A stretch of DNA of 64,000 nt. It comes from Eledone cirrhosa (taxonomy: Eukaryota). How positions within the stretch are numbered: position 1 is the first letter of the stretch; each line of letters opens with the position of its first letter. The stretch is taken from positions 214,210,001 through 214,274,000 of the forward strand of contig OZ024740.1 in NCBI GenBank assembly GCA_964016885.1, given 5' to 3'. A program made the position numbers and the translations under genes. The notes beneath the pieces were generated by a model. It saw nothing but the letters and a program-made list of their open reading frames with translations. It made no database searches and was not told where the DNA came from. Shown in pieces: positions 41,437 through 54,469 of this stretch.

Positions 41437-41799
41437 ATCTCCAGTACTAGATTAGCATTATTGTTTTTATAAACCTCGAAAGGTTGAAAAGCAAAGTTGA
41501 CCTGAGCGGGATTTGAACTCCAGATAACAGAGAGCCTGAACAAATACCGCAAGGTATTCTATCCGACGTTTTAATGACTCTGTTAATTCGCCGCCATGTC
41601 AGTTTTTACGTTCTTGTAGTAATCCACGTGGTAGGAAGTGAGCTGGTGTAGATTCTAGATGAAATATTAAAGACGGATGAAATCTGACTGACTCCAGCCA
41701 GCCATGACGTTCATGTCGATAGTTTTCGTTCTGCAACATTTATTTGAAGCTGGGATATTTTGATTTCTATGGTCACTGTTGTTGCACTCTTCAATGCCA

Positions 41800-41855
41800 T
41801 ACACATACACATACATAGGTGTATACATACATACGTACATACATACATACATACA

Positions 41856-41889
<34 letters not shown>

Positions 41890-42478
41890 CATACATACAT
41901 GCATACATACATACATACATACATACATACGTATATACATACATACATACATACATACATACATACATACATACATACATACGTATATACATACATACAT
42001 ACATACATACATACGTACGTACATACATACATACATACATACAAACATACATACATACATTCATTCATACATACATACATACATACGTATATACATATGT
42101 ACATATGTATAACACACAAACACCTATAGACATACATATATTTATAAGCTAAAATCACCATAAATGCCTATATATTCCGTGTTGTGTTGCAATAAGAGGA
42201 ATCACTTAGTTGTTATTTCAACATGAAATGATATCAATACGTTTTGTCAGATTCTGGCTGGTCTCAGCGGCTTAACTAACACATATGATTTTAACATAAA
42301 AGAAATATTGAATGTAAATAGCAATTTAAGACCAGAAAAATAGCAATAAAACCACTAGCGGGAATCGAACCACATAACCTTGTTTTTTTAGAAACAAGCT
42401 CACACAGAGACACATACACACACCCAACCTCACACAGACACACACATACACACACACACAGACACACAACCTCACACA

Positions 42479-42555
<77 letters not shown>

Positions 42556-42758
42556 CCTCACACAGACCCAGACACACACACAACCTCACACAGACACACA
42601 CACACACAACCTCACACAGACACATACACACACACAACCTCACACACAGACACACACACACACACAACCTCACACACATAACCTCACACAGACACGCACA
42701 CACACACACAACCTCACACAGACACAGACACACACACAACTTCACACAGACACACACA

Positions 42759-42791
<33 letters not shown>

Positions 42792-43410
42792 CCTCACACA
42801 GACACGCACACACACACACACAACCTCACACAGACACAGACACACACACAACTTCACACAGAAACACACAATCACACACACACACAACCTCACACAGACA
42901 CGCACACACACACACACACACACAACCTCACACACAGACACAGACACACACACAACCTCACACACATAACCTCACACAGACACGCACACACACACACACA
43001 CAACCTCACACAGACACAGACACACACACAACTTCACACAGAAACACACAATCACACACACACACAACCTCACACAGACACGCACACACACACACACAAC
43101 CTCACACAGACACGCACACACACACACACACACACAACCTCACACAGACACACACACAACCTCATACAGACAGACAGACACACACACACACACAAGCTCT
43201 CACACACACACACATATACACACACACAACCTCACACAGACACGCACACACACACACAACCTCACACATACACGCACACACACACACAATCTCACACAGA
43301 CACAGGCACACACACAACCTCACACAGACAGACACACACACAACCTCACACACACACATACACACACACAACCTCACACAGAGACACACACACACACACA
43401 CACAGACATA
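41800..43410. repeat. (CATA)n tract and compound CA-rich minisatellite (cacacaacctcacacaga)
   Basis: (CATA)n at 41800-42110; dozens of aacctcacacaga units at 42400-43410. Confidence 0.9.
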
Positions 43411-43668
43411 TATATAGGTATGTGTGTATGTGTATATCTATGTATTAAGCAATGCATGCATTTATGTGTGTCTGTATATCTATGTTATGCATGTATGTAA
43501 TGTATGTGTATGTATTTGTATATGTATGTATATATATGCATGTTGTACCATATGTATGTATGGGTTTGTATGTAATGTATGTGTATGTATTTGTATATGT
43601 ATGTATGTATATGCATGCTGTACCATATGTATGTATGGGTTTGTATGTAATGTATGTGTATGTATTTG

Positions 43669-43700
<32 letters not shown>

Positions 43701-43956
43701 TGTATGTATGTATGTATGTATGTATGTATGTTGTAGCACATGTATGTATTTGCATATGTATGTATGTTATGTCTGTATGTATGCTGTAGCACGTGTATGT
43801 ATGTATTATGTATATATGTGTATATCTATGTATTAAGCAATGCATGCCTTTATGTGTATGTGTATATCTATGTTATGCATGTATATAACGTATGTGTATG
43901 CATTTGTATATGTATATATATGTATGTTGTACCATATGTATGTATGGGTTTGTATG

Positions 43957-44147
43957 TAAGGATGAAAGGCAAAGTTAACCTCGGCGGGATTTGAACTCAG
44001 ACCGTAAATAGTTATGGCCCTTTACGGTCTGAGTTCAAATCCCGCCGAGGTTAACTTTGCCTTTCATCCTTACTGGGTCGATAAAATAAAGTACCAGTAA
44101 TGTACTGGGATAATTACTGACCTTGTGCCAAAAGTAGAAACAATTAT
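43957..44147 (+). mobile_element. S1 SINE with 5' inverted duplication
   Basis: 43957-44008 is the reverse complement of 44021-44073; intact 3' end. Confidence 0.85.
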
Positions 44148-44299
44148 GTATATATGTATATATGTATGTATGTAGCACATAGTAAAGAAATGCAACGACA
44201 AAAGTAGAAAAACTACCAGCCTATAACAATGGAACAACACTAATATGATATTGCGACTGGTTCAACACCGTAAACAACACAGTAAGAACAATACCCAGG

Positions 44300-44555
44300 A
44301 ACCCAAATTGAATTGAAGAGCAAAAGATGTCAGTCTGTTTAATAAAAATATTTAACGAAAGTAATTATCTACGAATCGAAGATAAATATGAGATATAAAA
44401 CACGATAGCAGTAACATTTTATATTAGTTTGAGTGAAGGTAGCTTTATAAAATGTTTCCTCAAACATATATCCACCTTGAGATTCACGAAAAATAGTTAT
44501 ATTACAGTCTTATCCAGATATGTATGGAACTTAAAACAATGGAGTATTTTAGCTA
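44300..44555 (+). pseudogene. Highly decayed PLE GIY-YIG fragment
   Basis: FYISLSEGSF...F.KH.ST.RF......T.LSRYVWNLK.WSIL, parallel to the ORFs at 6520 and 28134. Confidence 0.6.
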
Positions 44556-44566
44556 TTCAACAATTC

Positions 44567-44654
<88 letters not shown>

Positions 44655-44656
<2 letters not shown>

Positions 44657-45359
44657 ATAAAAGTATGTGTTCCTACATGTAAATAATACACACAGGGATA
44701 CAAGTATAGTCCGACCGTATGCAAATGTGGTTCAATGGCAAGTTAATAAACAGGCCAGAACATATAAAATCAAGGGAAAACAAATAAAGAAAAGATTTTA
44801 AAATAAATTTCAAAAAATTCACTGTACTTACTATATGCGCCTTTACCGCGGTTTCAGATGCCAAAACAAATAGGTAATCCAGGCGGATTTCCATTGAGAA
44901 AGAGATCCTCGTCAGAAGGCTTTTCTCTCTCGAAGAATATAAGATTCCCGAGTTCAAAATACAAACTGGCGCCATACAAAACTGCCCCAACAAATGAATA
45001 ATGAAACAATTTTGTCTAGTACCGTGTGCAAAGACTGAAAGCAAGGTGGACAGGTCAATCTCTCGCTACTAAAAAATAGCAGCCGTTCAAATGACCAAAA
45101 GTTTCTCTACTGTTGGGGAGAATAATAATAAAAGTATGTGTTTCTACATGTAAATAATACACATAGGAATACAAGTATAGTCCGACCGTATTCAAATGTG
45201 GTTCAATAGCAAGTTAATAAATTAACAAGCCAGGACATATAATCCGCCTGGATTATCTATTTGTTTTGGGATCTGAAACCGCGGTAAAGGCACATATAGT
45301 AAGTACAGTGAATTTTTTGAAATTTATTTTAAAATCTTTTCTTTATTTGCTTTCCCTTG

Positions 45360-45362
<3 letters not shown>
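44655..45362 (-). mobile_element. Family E relative: inverted piece (45241-45362) + about 475-bp unit + repeat of its own head (44655-44765)
   Basis: 44655-44765 repeats 45125-45240; 45241-45362 inverts 44766-44889. Confidence 0.8.
44839..44920 (-). ncRNA. Canonical type I hammerhead
   Basis: Minus gcctt-CTGACGA-ggat...atct-GAAA-ccgcgg-TA-aaggc. Confidence 0.88.
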
Positions 45363-45432
<70 letters not shown>

Positions 45433-45437
<5 letters not shown>

Positions 45438-46008
45438 GGGAAGCAGAAAATTGCTTATTGTAATCCAGTTCGTGGTTAAGACACCCAGTTTCATGGACGG
45501 TTTCAACGTACGGTTAGGGGTAACTCCACACGTTTATAAGAATCACATTCAATCTTGGAGTGTAAAGGATAAAAGAGAAAACACAGGTAAGCATTAAAAA
45601 AAGGATTTTATCCAGGTATTTACGACCGTTTCATTTGTAAGTGCAACCTTATATTGCTATACTGCAAATAGCAGCCACTCAATAATAATTGTTGTACACG
45701 TCCAAATTTTCAAAATAATGAATAAGTTACTCTTAACAAGTTCTTAATATATAGAAAAACATTTTTTGGAATTGTATTTGCTAGTATATATAGAGAGAGA
45801 GGGAGAGGAATTAGAAAGTGGAGGGACAAAGGGAGTAGTATAGAGAGAGAGGAAGGGGGAGAAGAATTAGGAAGTAGGGTGACAAACTGAGATGGAGGGA
45901 GAGGTAGAGGTGGAAGGAATCTTTGATCAGTTTTGATATATGTAGACATGATGTCGTCGATTTAGAGTGTAGTGAGTTAAAGATAATTAAATTGTTTATA
46001 GTAGGAGG

Positions 46009-46086
<78 letters not shown>

Positions 46087-46865
46087 AGAGATAGAGAGAT
46101 AAATATATATATTTAAAAAAAAAAAATAAATAAAGTAGGTGGGGGTGGGGGGGAGAAAATAAAAGACATAAAAAAAAGGAGAGAGAGAGAAGAAAGGAAG
46201 AAAACGAAAATAAATAGAAAAGGAATGAAGGAGAAGGGAGGGATATAGGTATTGGTTTTTGTCGGTAATTAAAGGGGTTGTATACAATAAGAGGGTAGAA
46301 AGTCTAAGTATATGCAGTTTGTCAGGTGGTAGTAAGAGGTTAAGGGTTCGATTTGCACTTGTAGTGCGATAACTATTCTTTGAGACTATGGTTACAATAA
46401 ATCGATCTTTCGATATTATTGTTGAGTAACTTATTCTTCGAACTCAAAATGTGGAACAGCTCAAGGTCGCATAATCGACAGCTTCTCATACCACTCCGAT
46501 ATGGGGGCGCGTTCGATAATTGTTTCCACTTCAGGGTGTATTGATGGTTACTTTCCCTCAGTTGCCAGGTCTTGTTCGCAAGGGTAGTTACATAACGATG
46601 GTGGGAATGTTTCATTGCGTAACGGTGTGTATACCAACGAGCTTTAAATGTATTCCCAGTCGCTCCGATATAATACCATTTCTGGTTGTCTGATTCCACT
46701 GTGCATTGGTAAACCAGGTTAGACTGCATACATTCGTTATGTAATGGACAGGTTTCAGGTAGGTGGCAATTACAATTCTTGTCATGGGCAACCTTGGCAT
46801 TATTAGTGGGCTGCGATGCCTGTACAAATGTGTTACGTCTTGTTTGCCTATTAGTGGGTGGTTGT
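45433..46865 (-). mobile_element. Penelope-like 3' fragment (GIY-YIG about 46340-46860, 3' UTR, HHR 45617-45717, tail)
   Basis: MQSNLVYQCTV...WYYIGATGNTFKARWYTH; homologous to 6520-7625 but with an extra about 135-bp tail. Confidence 0.9.
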
Positions 46866-46866
46866 G

Positions 46867-46944
<78 letters not shown>

Positions 46945-47279
46945 TTGACCTTAGGTACTTGACCTCTCGTGTATTAAGTGGTGGTCAACACTGAGAAAGA
47001 GGAAGTCAGACTTGTGTGATTAAAAAGTTGCACAGTTTCATTAATAATTGCGGCGGTGGGAAATTACAACACCCCGTATTTGTAACCGGTTTTGTTTCAT
47101 ACAAAATTATAATTTATTGATTTTGTTTGGAGAAAAGGGCACTGATCAAAGATTTTACACGTCCCCCAAGACCTGTCATCTTATTACCCTCTTGAACAAT
47201 TGCAAGCTGACAGAAGAAACACAACAAAGACATGTGCATAGAGACAATCCTAGAGAACCGAATTTCTGGGTGGAGAATT

Positions 47280-47445
47280 GGGCATTGTGATTTGTGAGGT
47301 GTAGATACAATATGGCTGTCCAGAGGAAAGAATCGGGTATTGTGTATCGTGCGGAGTAGATAGTATAAGAGAGTCGACAGAGGAGAAATGGACATTGTGG
47401 TCCATGCGGAGTGGATACAATATGAGTGTGGAGAAAAGAAACGAG
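47280..47445. repeat. Three degenerate about 55-bp tandem units
   Basis: gg.(c/t)attgtg....g.gg.gt.gata.....a recurs three times. Confidence 0.5.
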
Positions 47446-47569
47446 TGAGTCAGTGAGGAGTCCATGAGTGGAAGAGTAACATGATCCGTTAGCCAGCTCT
47501 GAGTAGCACTTTAACATCCGAAACAAAGATTTTGCTAGGAGACAGCAAGTATGTAGGATAGTAGTTAGA

Positions 47570-47793
47570 AACATGTCTGTGAGAAACTTAGGTTTGTCGT
47601 TCAGCCTGTGGCAGTGGAGATTTCTAGAGTTCTTGGTCCCTGCATCACATCCCTGTTCATTGCTATCGAGGAGGAGTTGGCTGCCCGCAGGTGCGAACCC
47701 CGCGAGATGGAGTGGCTGTTCCAGTGCGTCTCTCTCGCCGTCCTCTGGGGCAATGTCTTCTCCATCCTGTTGGCCGAGACCATGACATATTAG
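47570..47793 (+). mobile_element. 3' end of CRE-like RLE non-LTR retrotransposon; related fragment at about 17285-17350
   Basis: QPVAVEIS.VLGP...L....LA....EPREMEWLFQCVSLAVLWGNVFSIL. Confidence 0.65.
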
Positions 47794-47908
47794 GGTAGGA
47801 ATAGGATGGCAGTCTTCATTCTCTCTCTCTGTCTCTCTCTCACACACGCACATACACATTTCTATGTGTACATAGACGTATGATAACTGAAAACTGAAGG
47901 TGATGAAT

Positions 47909-48225
47909 TGGCAGTCATTAGAACGTCAGATAGAATGGCAGAGTCGTTAGAACGTCAGATAGAATGGTAGAGTCATTAGAACGTCAGATAGAATGGCAGA
48001 GTCGTTAGAACGTCAGATAGAATGGCAGAGTCATTAGAACGTCAGATAGAATGGCAGAGTAATTAGAACGTCAGATAGAATGGCAGAGTCTTAGAACCTC
48101 GGATAAAATGTTTTGCGGTATTTGTTTCGGCTCTCTACTCTCTGAGTTCAAATCCTACTGAAGTCAGCATTATCTTTCATCCATTCAAGGTCGATAAAAA
48201 GTACCAGTCTAGTACTGGGGTCGAT
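47909..48225 (+). mobile_element. S1-related SINE with its 5' 29-bp segment amplified 6-7 times
   Basis: tggcagagtc.ttagaacgtcagatagaa period 29, then B box gagttcaaatcc and SINE body. Confidence 0.85.
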
Positions 48226-50526
48226 TATTCCACTCTATTTCTTCCTCATTTCAATTCTCTCACTCTCTATTCTTCTCTAGAAGAAATCTGCTGTACTCAG
48301 GCCTGGAGAGGAGATGATATCCGCCAGGTTTTAAAATGCCCTAGAAACACTGTATTGACAGACAGCCTTTCCAGAGCTCCCTCAGCTGTTACAGATAGAG
48401 AGAGAATATGTAAATTGTGTGCATCTGTCTACTATATTAGTGCCACAGGTCCTCTCTGATCCAACAGACCTATGATAAAATGCGTTCCAACCGTGACCAT
48501 CCTGTTTTATTCTTTTCAAACAATATATGTAAGACAACATCATCCCGTGTTTTTTTGTTTTGATTAGTTTTGTTTTTCTTTGAAATCAGTCGAGATTTTG
48601 TTGCTATTTGTTAATACAATATCAAATTTCTACTTTAAATGACACACGAGTTCGATCACCGACGGTACATCAGTCCTTGAGCAAGACTCTTTATTTCCAA
48701 TTGCCTCCAGTTTACTCAGCTAGAAAAAAAAAGTTGTATTCCTATCAGAAAGCTTTAGACCAGAAATTCTCTTGTGGACGGAATACCCTGATCAGATTTC
48801 TATAGCATCTGCTGAATAATAGATATTTGTTTCCCATCGATCTTTTCATCTTCTTCCTCCTCCTAATGTTCTTTCTTTCTTTCTCTCTTCTTGTTGCACT
48901 TCACTTCTTTATATTTCATTTCAGTTTTATGTTCGTCTTTTTTTATTGGCCTTTATTCTCTCTCAATATACACACATACATCTCTCTCTGTCTCATTCTG
49001 CCTTTATCTCTCTCCTCCATCTCTGTCTCTCCCTTCCTCTCTCTATCTCCTTCTCTCTCCCTCTGTCTCCCCCCCTCTCTCTCATTCTCTCTCCCTATCT
49101 CTCTGTCTTTCTCTGTCTCTCTGTCCCCCCTCTCTCCCTCCCTCCCTATCTCTCTATCATCTACTACTTCAATATATCCTTGTCTATCCATTACAAACAT
49201 CTTTCTCTCCCCCTCTCTCTCTCCATCTCCCCCTCTCTCACTCCCCCTCTCACTCCTCCTCTCTCCCAACTACTACTTCAATATATCCATGTCTATCCAT
49301 TACAGACATCTCTCTCTCCCTCTCCCTCCCTCTCTTTCTCTCCCCACCTCACTTCATCCAAATCTTTTCTCTCTTTCTCTCTTTCATTTTTTTACTTCTT
49401 TATATATAACTGAATCAATTTCGTTCTTTACATTTCCACCATTTCTTGTTGTTGTTGTTTTAGTATATAGCATTTGTTGTTGCAATTGTCGTCGTTGTTG
49501 TTGTTTTAGTATGTACTTTTGTTATTGTTGTTTTAGTATATATCATATCTTTTGTGTCATCTGGCAAAGAAAGTTGAGAAATATTCCCCGAACAAATATT
49601 TGCTTGTAAGACATTAACCATTTTATGATCGGTGCCATATTAATGCCGATAGGGACAACCAGAGAAGGAGAGAAACAGAGGCACTAGGCTGCTGTACTAC
49701 TGCTACAAATGATGCCATTGTTTCGGTCTGCTCATAAAAAACTATTTCAATACAAAGCTGATGGACATCGATTAGTGATTTGTTCTGTAGCTATCGTACC
49801 CTTTCATAAATCTTGGTTAATGAACCATTTAACGTTTTACAACGACCAGAGTAGCAAGGCGTGTAGCTTGCTGTGAAAAGAAGAAAGAAAAAAAACCAGT
49901 AATAATAATAATAACAATATAAATGAAGATAAAACTAACAAAAAAAGGTATATATAGAAAACATTAGCACAGCATGTTGTAATAGATTGTACGATCGGTT
50001 AGTACGAATCTGTTCCAGTGAAAGATAAATATTGAAAGTACGATTGAAAGGAAAGGTGGAGGGATTATGAGATTGATCTGTGTCAAGATAATTACGATAT
50101 TCACCAGGTTTGAAATAACACCAGAAAACAACAAAACAAAAGACGTTGTTGCTAGTAGGAAACAAATAAGATTGGGTTCAACCGTCACACCTTCATTTCT
50201 GGTCTTCTTCTTAGAAAACAACACAAGAAAGAAAACAACACAAGAAAGAAAACAACACAAGAAAGAAAACAAAACAAAAAGAAAACATTAAATTTATAAA
50301 AAGAAAAGTTTCGAAAAATGCATTAAAGAAACGAAAGTTATAACAACTAGTTGTTCTATAGTTGACATTTTTATTATTATTGGGGTCGATAAAATAAAGT
50401 ACCAGTAACGCATAGGGGTCGATGAAATGAAGTACCAGTAATACACTGGGGTAGATTTAATCAACTTTCTTAAAATTGTTGGCCTTGTACCTAAAGTAGA
50501 AACCATTATTGTTTTAGTTGGGCAAT

Positions 50527-50620
50527 GTTACCAGTTGGCCACCAGCCCTACACTGTAACGTTACCAGTTGGCCACCAGCCCTACACTGTAACGTTACCAG
50601 TTGGCCACCAGCCTTACAGT
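50527..50620. repeat. 33-bp tandem repeat x3
   Basis: gttaccagttggccaccagccctacactgtaac, no spacers. Confidence 0.9.
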
Positions 50621-51259
50621 ATAAAGAGGGCTAGGGGTGAACATGAGCGACGACTATCTCCAGGAGATTCTTCAGTCTCTGGGTATTGAGGAGCGGAAAC
50701 TGTCTTTTCTTGCGGTCTTTTAGCCTAAGAGTCTATTGAGTTTCTTCTTTTTCTTTTTTTTTTCTTCTTCTTTCATATATTCGTGTTATTTCAAACAGAT
50801 GTTGACTGATACTGCTGAAAGTCCATCATGAAGATCATCAAGCCAGCTTTCTTTGGTTCGATGGGCGTGCAATTTTCCTTGGTGTGCTCGTTATGGCGAA
50901 ATAGGTAGTGGGAGTGTATGAGATTGAAAGGACTGAGGGCCAACGCGTCTTTTCTCTCCAATTTTTCATAAACTTCTTCAATTAGGATTTGGAAAGAGAT
51001 GTGAGACTGCCCTCACGTGTGTAAGATGGTGATCATGGGCCTACTCTTAGCATTCATCTGTTGATATATAAAACATAACTAACACAGGGCACTTACCTAA
51101 AACAGTATGTCAGCTTTCCCGATTAACTCTGGGAGGTTGACAACTTATTAGGGGCGTGCTTTTCTTTTACTTTTTACTTTTGTTTAAAATGTTGTTTTTC
51201 ATGTAAAATCCACACCCTCTTGATAATTTTTGCTTGAAATGCTCTTGTGGAAATAAAAA

Positions 51260-51291
<32 letters not shown>

Positions 51292-52418
51292 AGCCTAGTA
51301 TCTGTATATTTCTCTCTCTCTCTCTCATTATCCCCCCCTCTCTCTCTCTCTCCCTCTCTCTCTGTGATTGTGTGTGTGTGTTTTGTATGTACAAGCGTGT
51401 GTGAAAGCGCGCTTATTTATGATTGTATATTTATAATTATTTACAAATTATTCTCATATAAATATATTTATTGATTGCTAAAGTAAACAGTTTGTAACGA
51501 CTTAAAGCACGAAAGACGACTTTAGTGTCAACCTATACAGGAAGAAGTTAATGATTTTCTATTTAATGATTTGGCAAAAATCAAAACCTTAAATAAAGGC
51601 TTTGACAATGAAACGTGCCGTTAAATGAAGTCCCGTAGTTAACAAATATTTTGACTTGGAAAACATCTCGCCACGAGAGTGAGATTTGTGTGTGTATAGA
51701 AGCAGGCAATATGGCGTAAATATGACGTGTGTACACAGGAACAGAAAGGAGTTATTTACATTTCTTTCAATATTTGTAAGAAATGCTTCATCGCAACAGG
51801 TTCATTCAGTGATAATATATAATTAACAAAGTAAGCACTCCGACAAAGTCATTAGGTGCGTACAGGATAGAGTTGGGTGTTTTGTAGGGTTAATTAAACT
51901 GATAATGAATTACATTTTGTAAATAAGTTAATGAGGCTAAAAAGTATATTAAAAGATGTGTGTAGGTCTATACTTTGGTTTTTTTATATTTTTAGAATTA
52001 AACACACATTTACCTAGTTTTCTCTTTATTTTTATAATGGTTTCTCCCTCTCTCTCTCCCCCTCTCTTCTCTCTCATATATATATATATGTGTGTGTGTG
52101 TATATGTGCGTGTGTGTATATGTGTGTATGTATGTGTATGTGTGCATATATGGGGGGGTATATACATTATATATATATATATACACATCCATATGTGTTG
52201 GGTATGTATGTGTATATCTATGTATATATATATATATCCTTCGAATGAAACAGTTCTAGTCCCGTAGAAGCCATTTCAATATTAAATATTGCATATACTC
52301 TACTAATGTATTGAGTACCTTACTTACTGTGGTTACCGCCAATTGAACCCAACACACACATACTCACACTTATATATATATATATACACACACACATAAA
52401 CTCACACGCACACACATA

Positions 52419-52467
<49 letters not shown>

Positions 52468-52793
52468 GAAAAGTATAGAAATTGTTGTAGCGAGAAGCTA
52501 ACAGTATTCCATAACATATATGTGACTATAGCGTCAAAATGGGAAAATAGTTAACATAAGATATGGGAAAAATAATTCAGACTCAATTCAAAAGGAATCA
52601 GGATATAGACTTATCCAACAGAATTTAGAGAAATCCATGGAAAAATCAATAGAGCCTTAACTCATGATAAAACAAAGTCTAAAGTACTCAACCTCAAGTT
52701 GGGACAACTTCAAATGCTCTGTATAGTCTTGAAAAGACTATTTCACGAAAACTTTCAGTGGAGATGGTCACGGTTGGATTTCGTTCCTATATT

Positions 52794-52854
<61 letters not shown>

Positions 52855-52885
52855 ATTTATATATATATATATATTTATATATATA

Positions 52886-53454
52886 TAAACGGAAAAAATG
52901 AAACGAAATTTCATTTCCCACTCTTAGTACGGCTGTTACTTAAATACGTACATATATATATGTGTGCATATATGTATATATATATACATACTACTGTACG
53001 TCTGTATACATATATGTATGTACGTGTACATACTTATATTTAAGTAACAGCCGTGCTAAGAGTGGGAAATGAAATTTCGTTTCATTTTTTCCGTTTATCG
53101 TTTTCGGTGCACCCGGCCGATTAACCCACTCAATATGCAAATTGGACTACTTAGCCGTTAATATGCATAAGGAAAGTATATACTTTCGGACGTTCAACCA
53201 TCTGGCAGGAAGGTATACGTTGCTGACGATAGCTAACAAGCTTGAAACTAGTACAGCGTTCCTTTGTCAGTGTTGAACAAACGAGCAACGGTGGTTGCTA
53301 GACACTACGGCTTAATACGGGATGTTTGTTTACAAACACACCGAGCATTATAATAAATGTTTGGTGAATCCATATGTGTGCATGTATGTATATATATATA
53401 TATATATACATACTACTGTACGTCTGTATACATATATGTATATACGTATACATA

Positions 53455-53460
<6 letters not shown>
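52886..53460 (+). mobile_element. About 420-bp non-coding HHR unit (family G) with about 85-bp terminal direct repeat and 5' inverted piece
   Basis: 52955-53038 repeats 53372-53458; 52886-52943 inverts 53038-53098. Confidence 0.75.
53217..53259 (+). ncRNA. Minimal type I hammerhead (43 nt)
   Basis: acgttg-CTGACGA-t agct aaca agct t-GAAA-ctag-TA-cagcgt. Confidence 0.88.
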
Positions 53461-53524
<64 letters not shown>

Positions 53525-54228
53525 AATATATATATAAATATGTTCTATGTGTGTGTGTGTGTTTTCAATTTGTCCTTAATTGTAAGTTGTGATGTTGCTG
53601 TTCCATTCATGTTTTCTATTTAATTTTGGTTGCAGTTCATTTATGTTTATTGCCTCTTGTTGAACCAACCAGCCAACCGGAAATTTATAAATTCCTAAAT
53701 TTATAAATTTAATTTATAATAAATTGAAGTGAAAGCAACTGGTGCGTGTGTTTCTTATTGGCAACATGACCCTCCCAAAGCATAACAATATCGGTTTCAA
53801 CACATGTTTTCAGATAAAGAATCTTGCTAAACAAATTCAGAAACGAAATATTTATATATATATATTTTTATATATATATTTATATATTTATATATATATA
53901 TATATATAAATATATATAAATATATATATAAATATAAATATATATATATATATTTATATATATATAAATATATATATATATATTTATATTTACATATATA
54001 TTTATATATATTTATATATATATATATATATAAATATATATAAATATATATATATATATTTATATAAATAGCTTAGAGTTTAGACTCAAGGAGGTCATTT
54101 ACAATCATATATTTATATATATATTTATATATATTTATATATATAAATATATATATATTAAGACGAAAGGAATTTACTTTAAACTTGAAAGAGTTCAGGT
54201 GTATATATCAGACCTATCAACCTCTAAA

Positions 54229-54401
54229 AACCCGAGCAGGGAGTACCATAAAAAGGTGCCCCAAAACGGGGAGAAATTAGGCAAAATGGGGAGATTTTAC
54301 ATAATGAAAGCTATACTCATTTTCACAAGAGAAGACATCTCTCACCCACCCCAAAGTGAATGGGAGATCTCCCCATTGAACGGAGAAAGTTGACTGGTCT
54401 G
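54229..54401. mobile_element. MITE (hAT-like CAG termini)
   Basis: cagacctatcaac / gttgactggtctg imperfect TIRs; related piece at 40417-40505. Confidence 0.55.
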
Positions 54402-54469
54402 TAAGAAAGAGGAAAACAATGAGATGGAAGAGAGTTCCAAAGTCTGGGAGTTCTTTATTTCCTTAGTTT

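Noticed and set aside
47909-48110. CRISPR-like 29-bp repeats
   Set aside because: Repeats are contiguous with no spacers, derive from a SINE head, and there are no cas genes in this eukaryotic context
50527-50620. CRISPR-like 33-bp repeats
   Set aside because: Simple tandem triplication without spacers
52715-52770. Minus-strand CTGAAAG...GAAA-hairpin-TA motif
   Set aside because: Core box and stem I both mismatch; too degenerate to call
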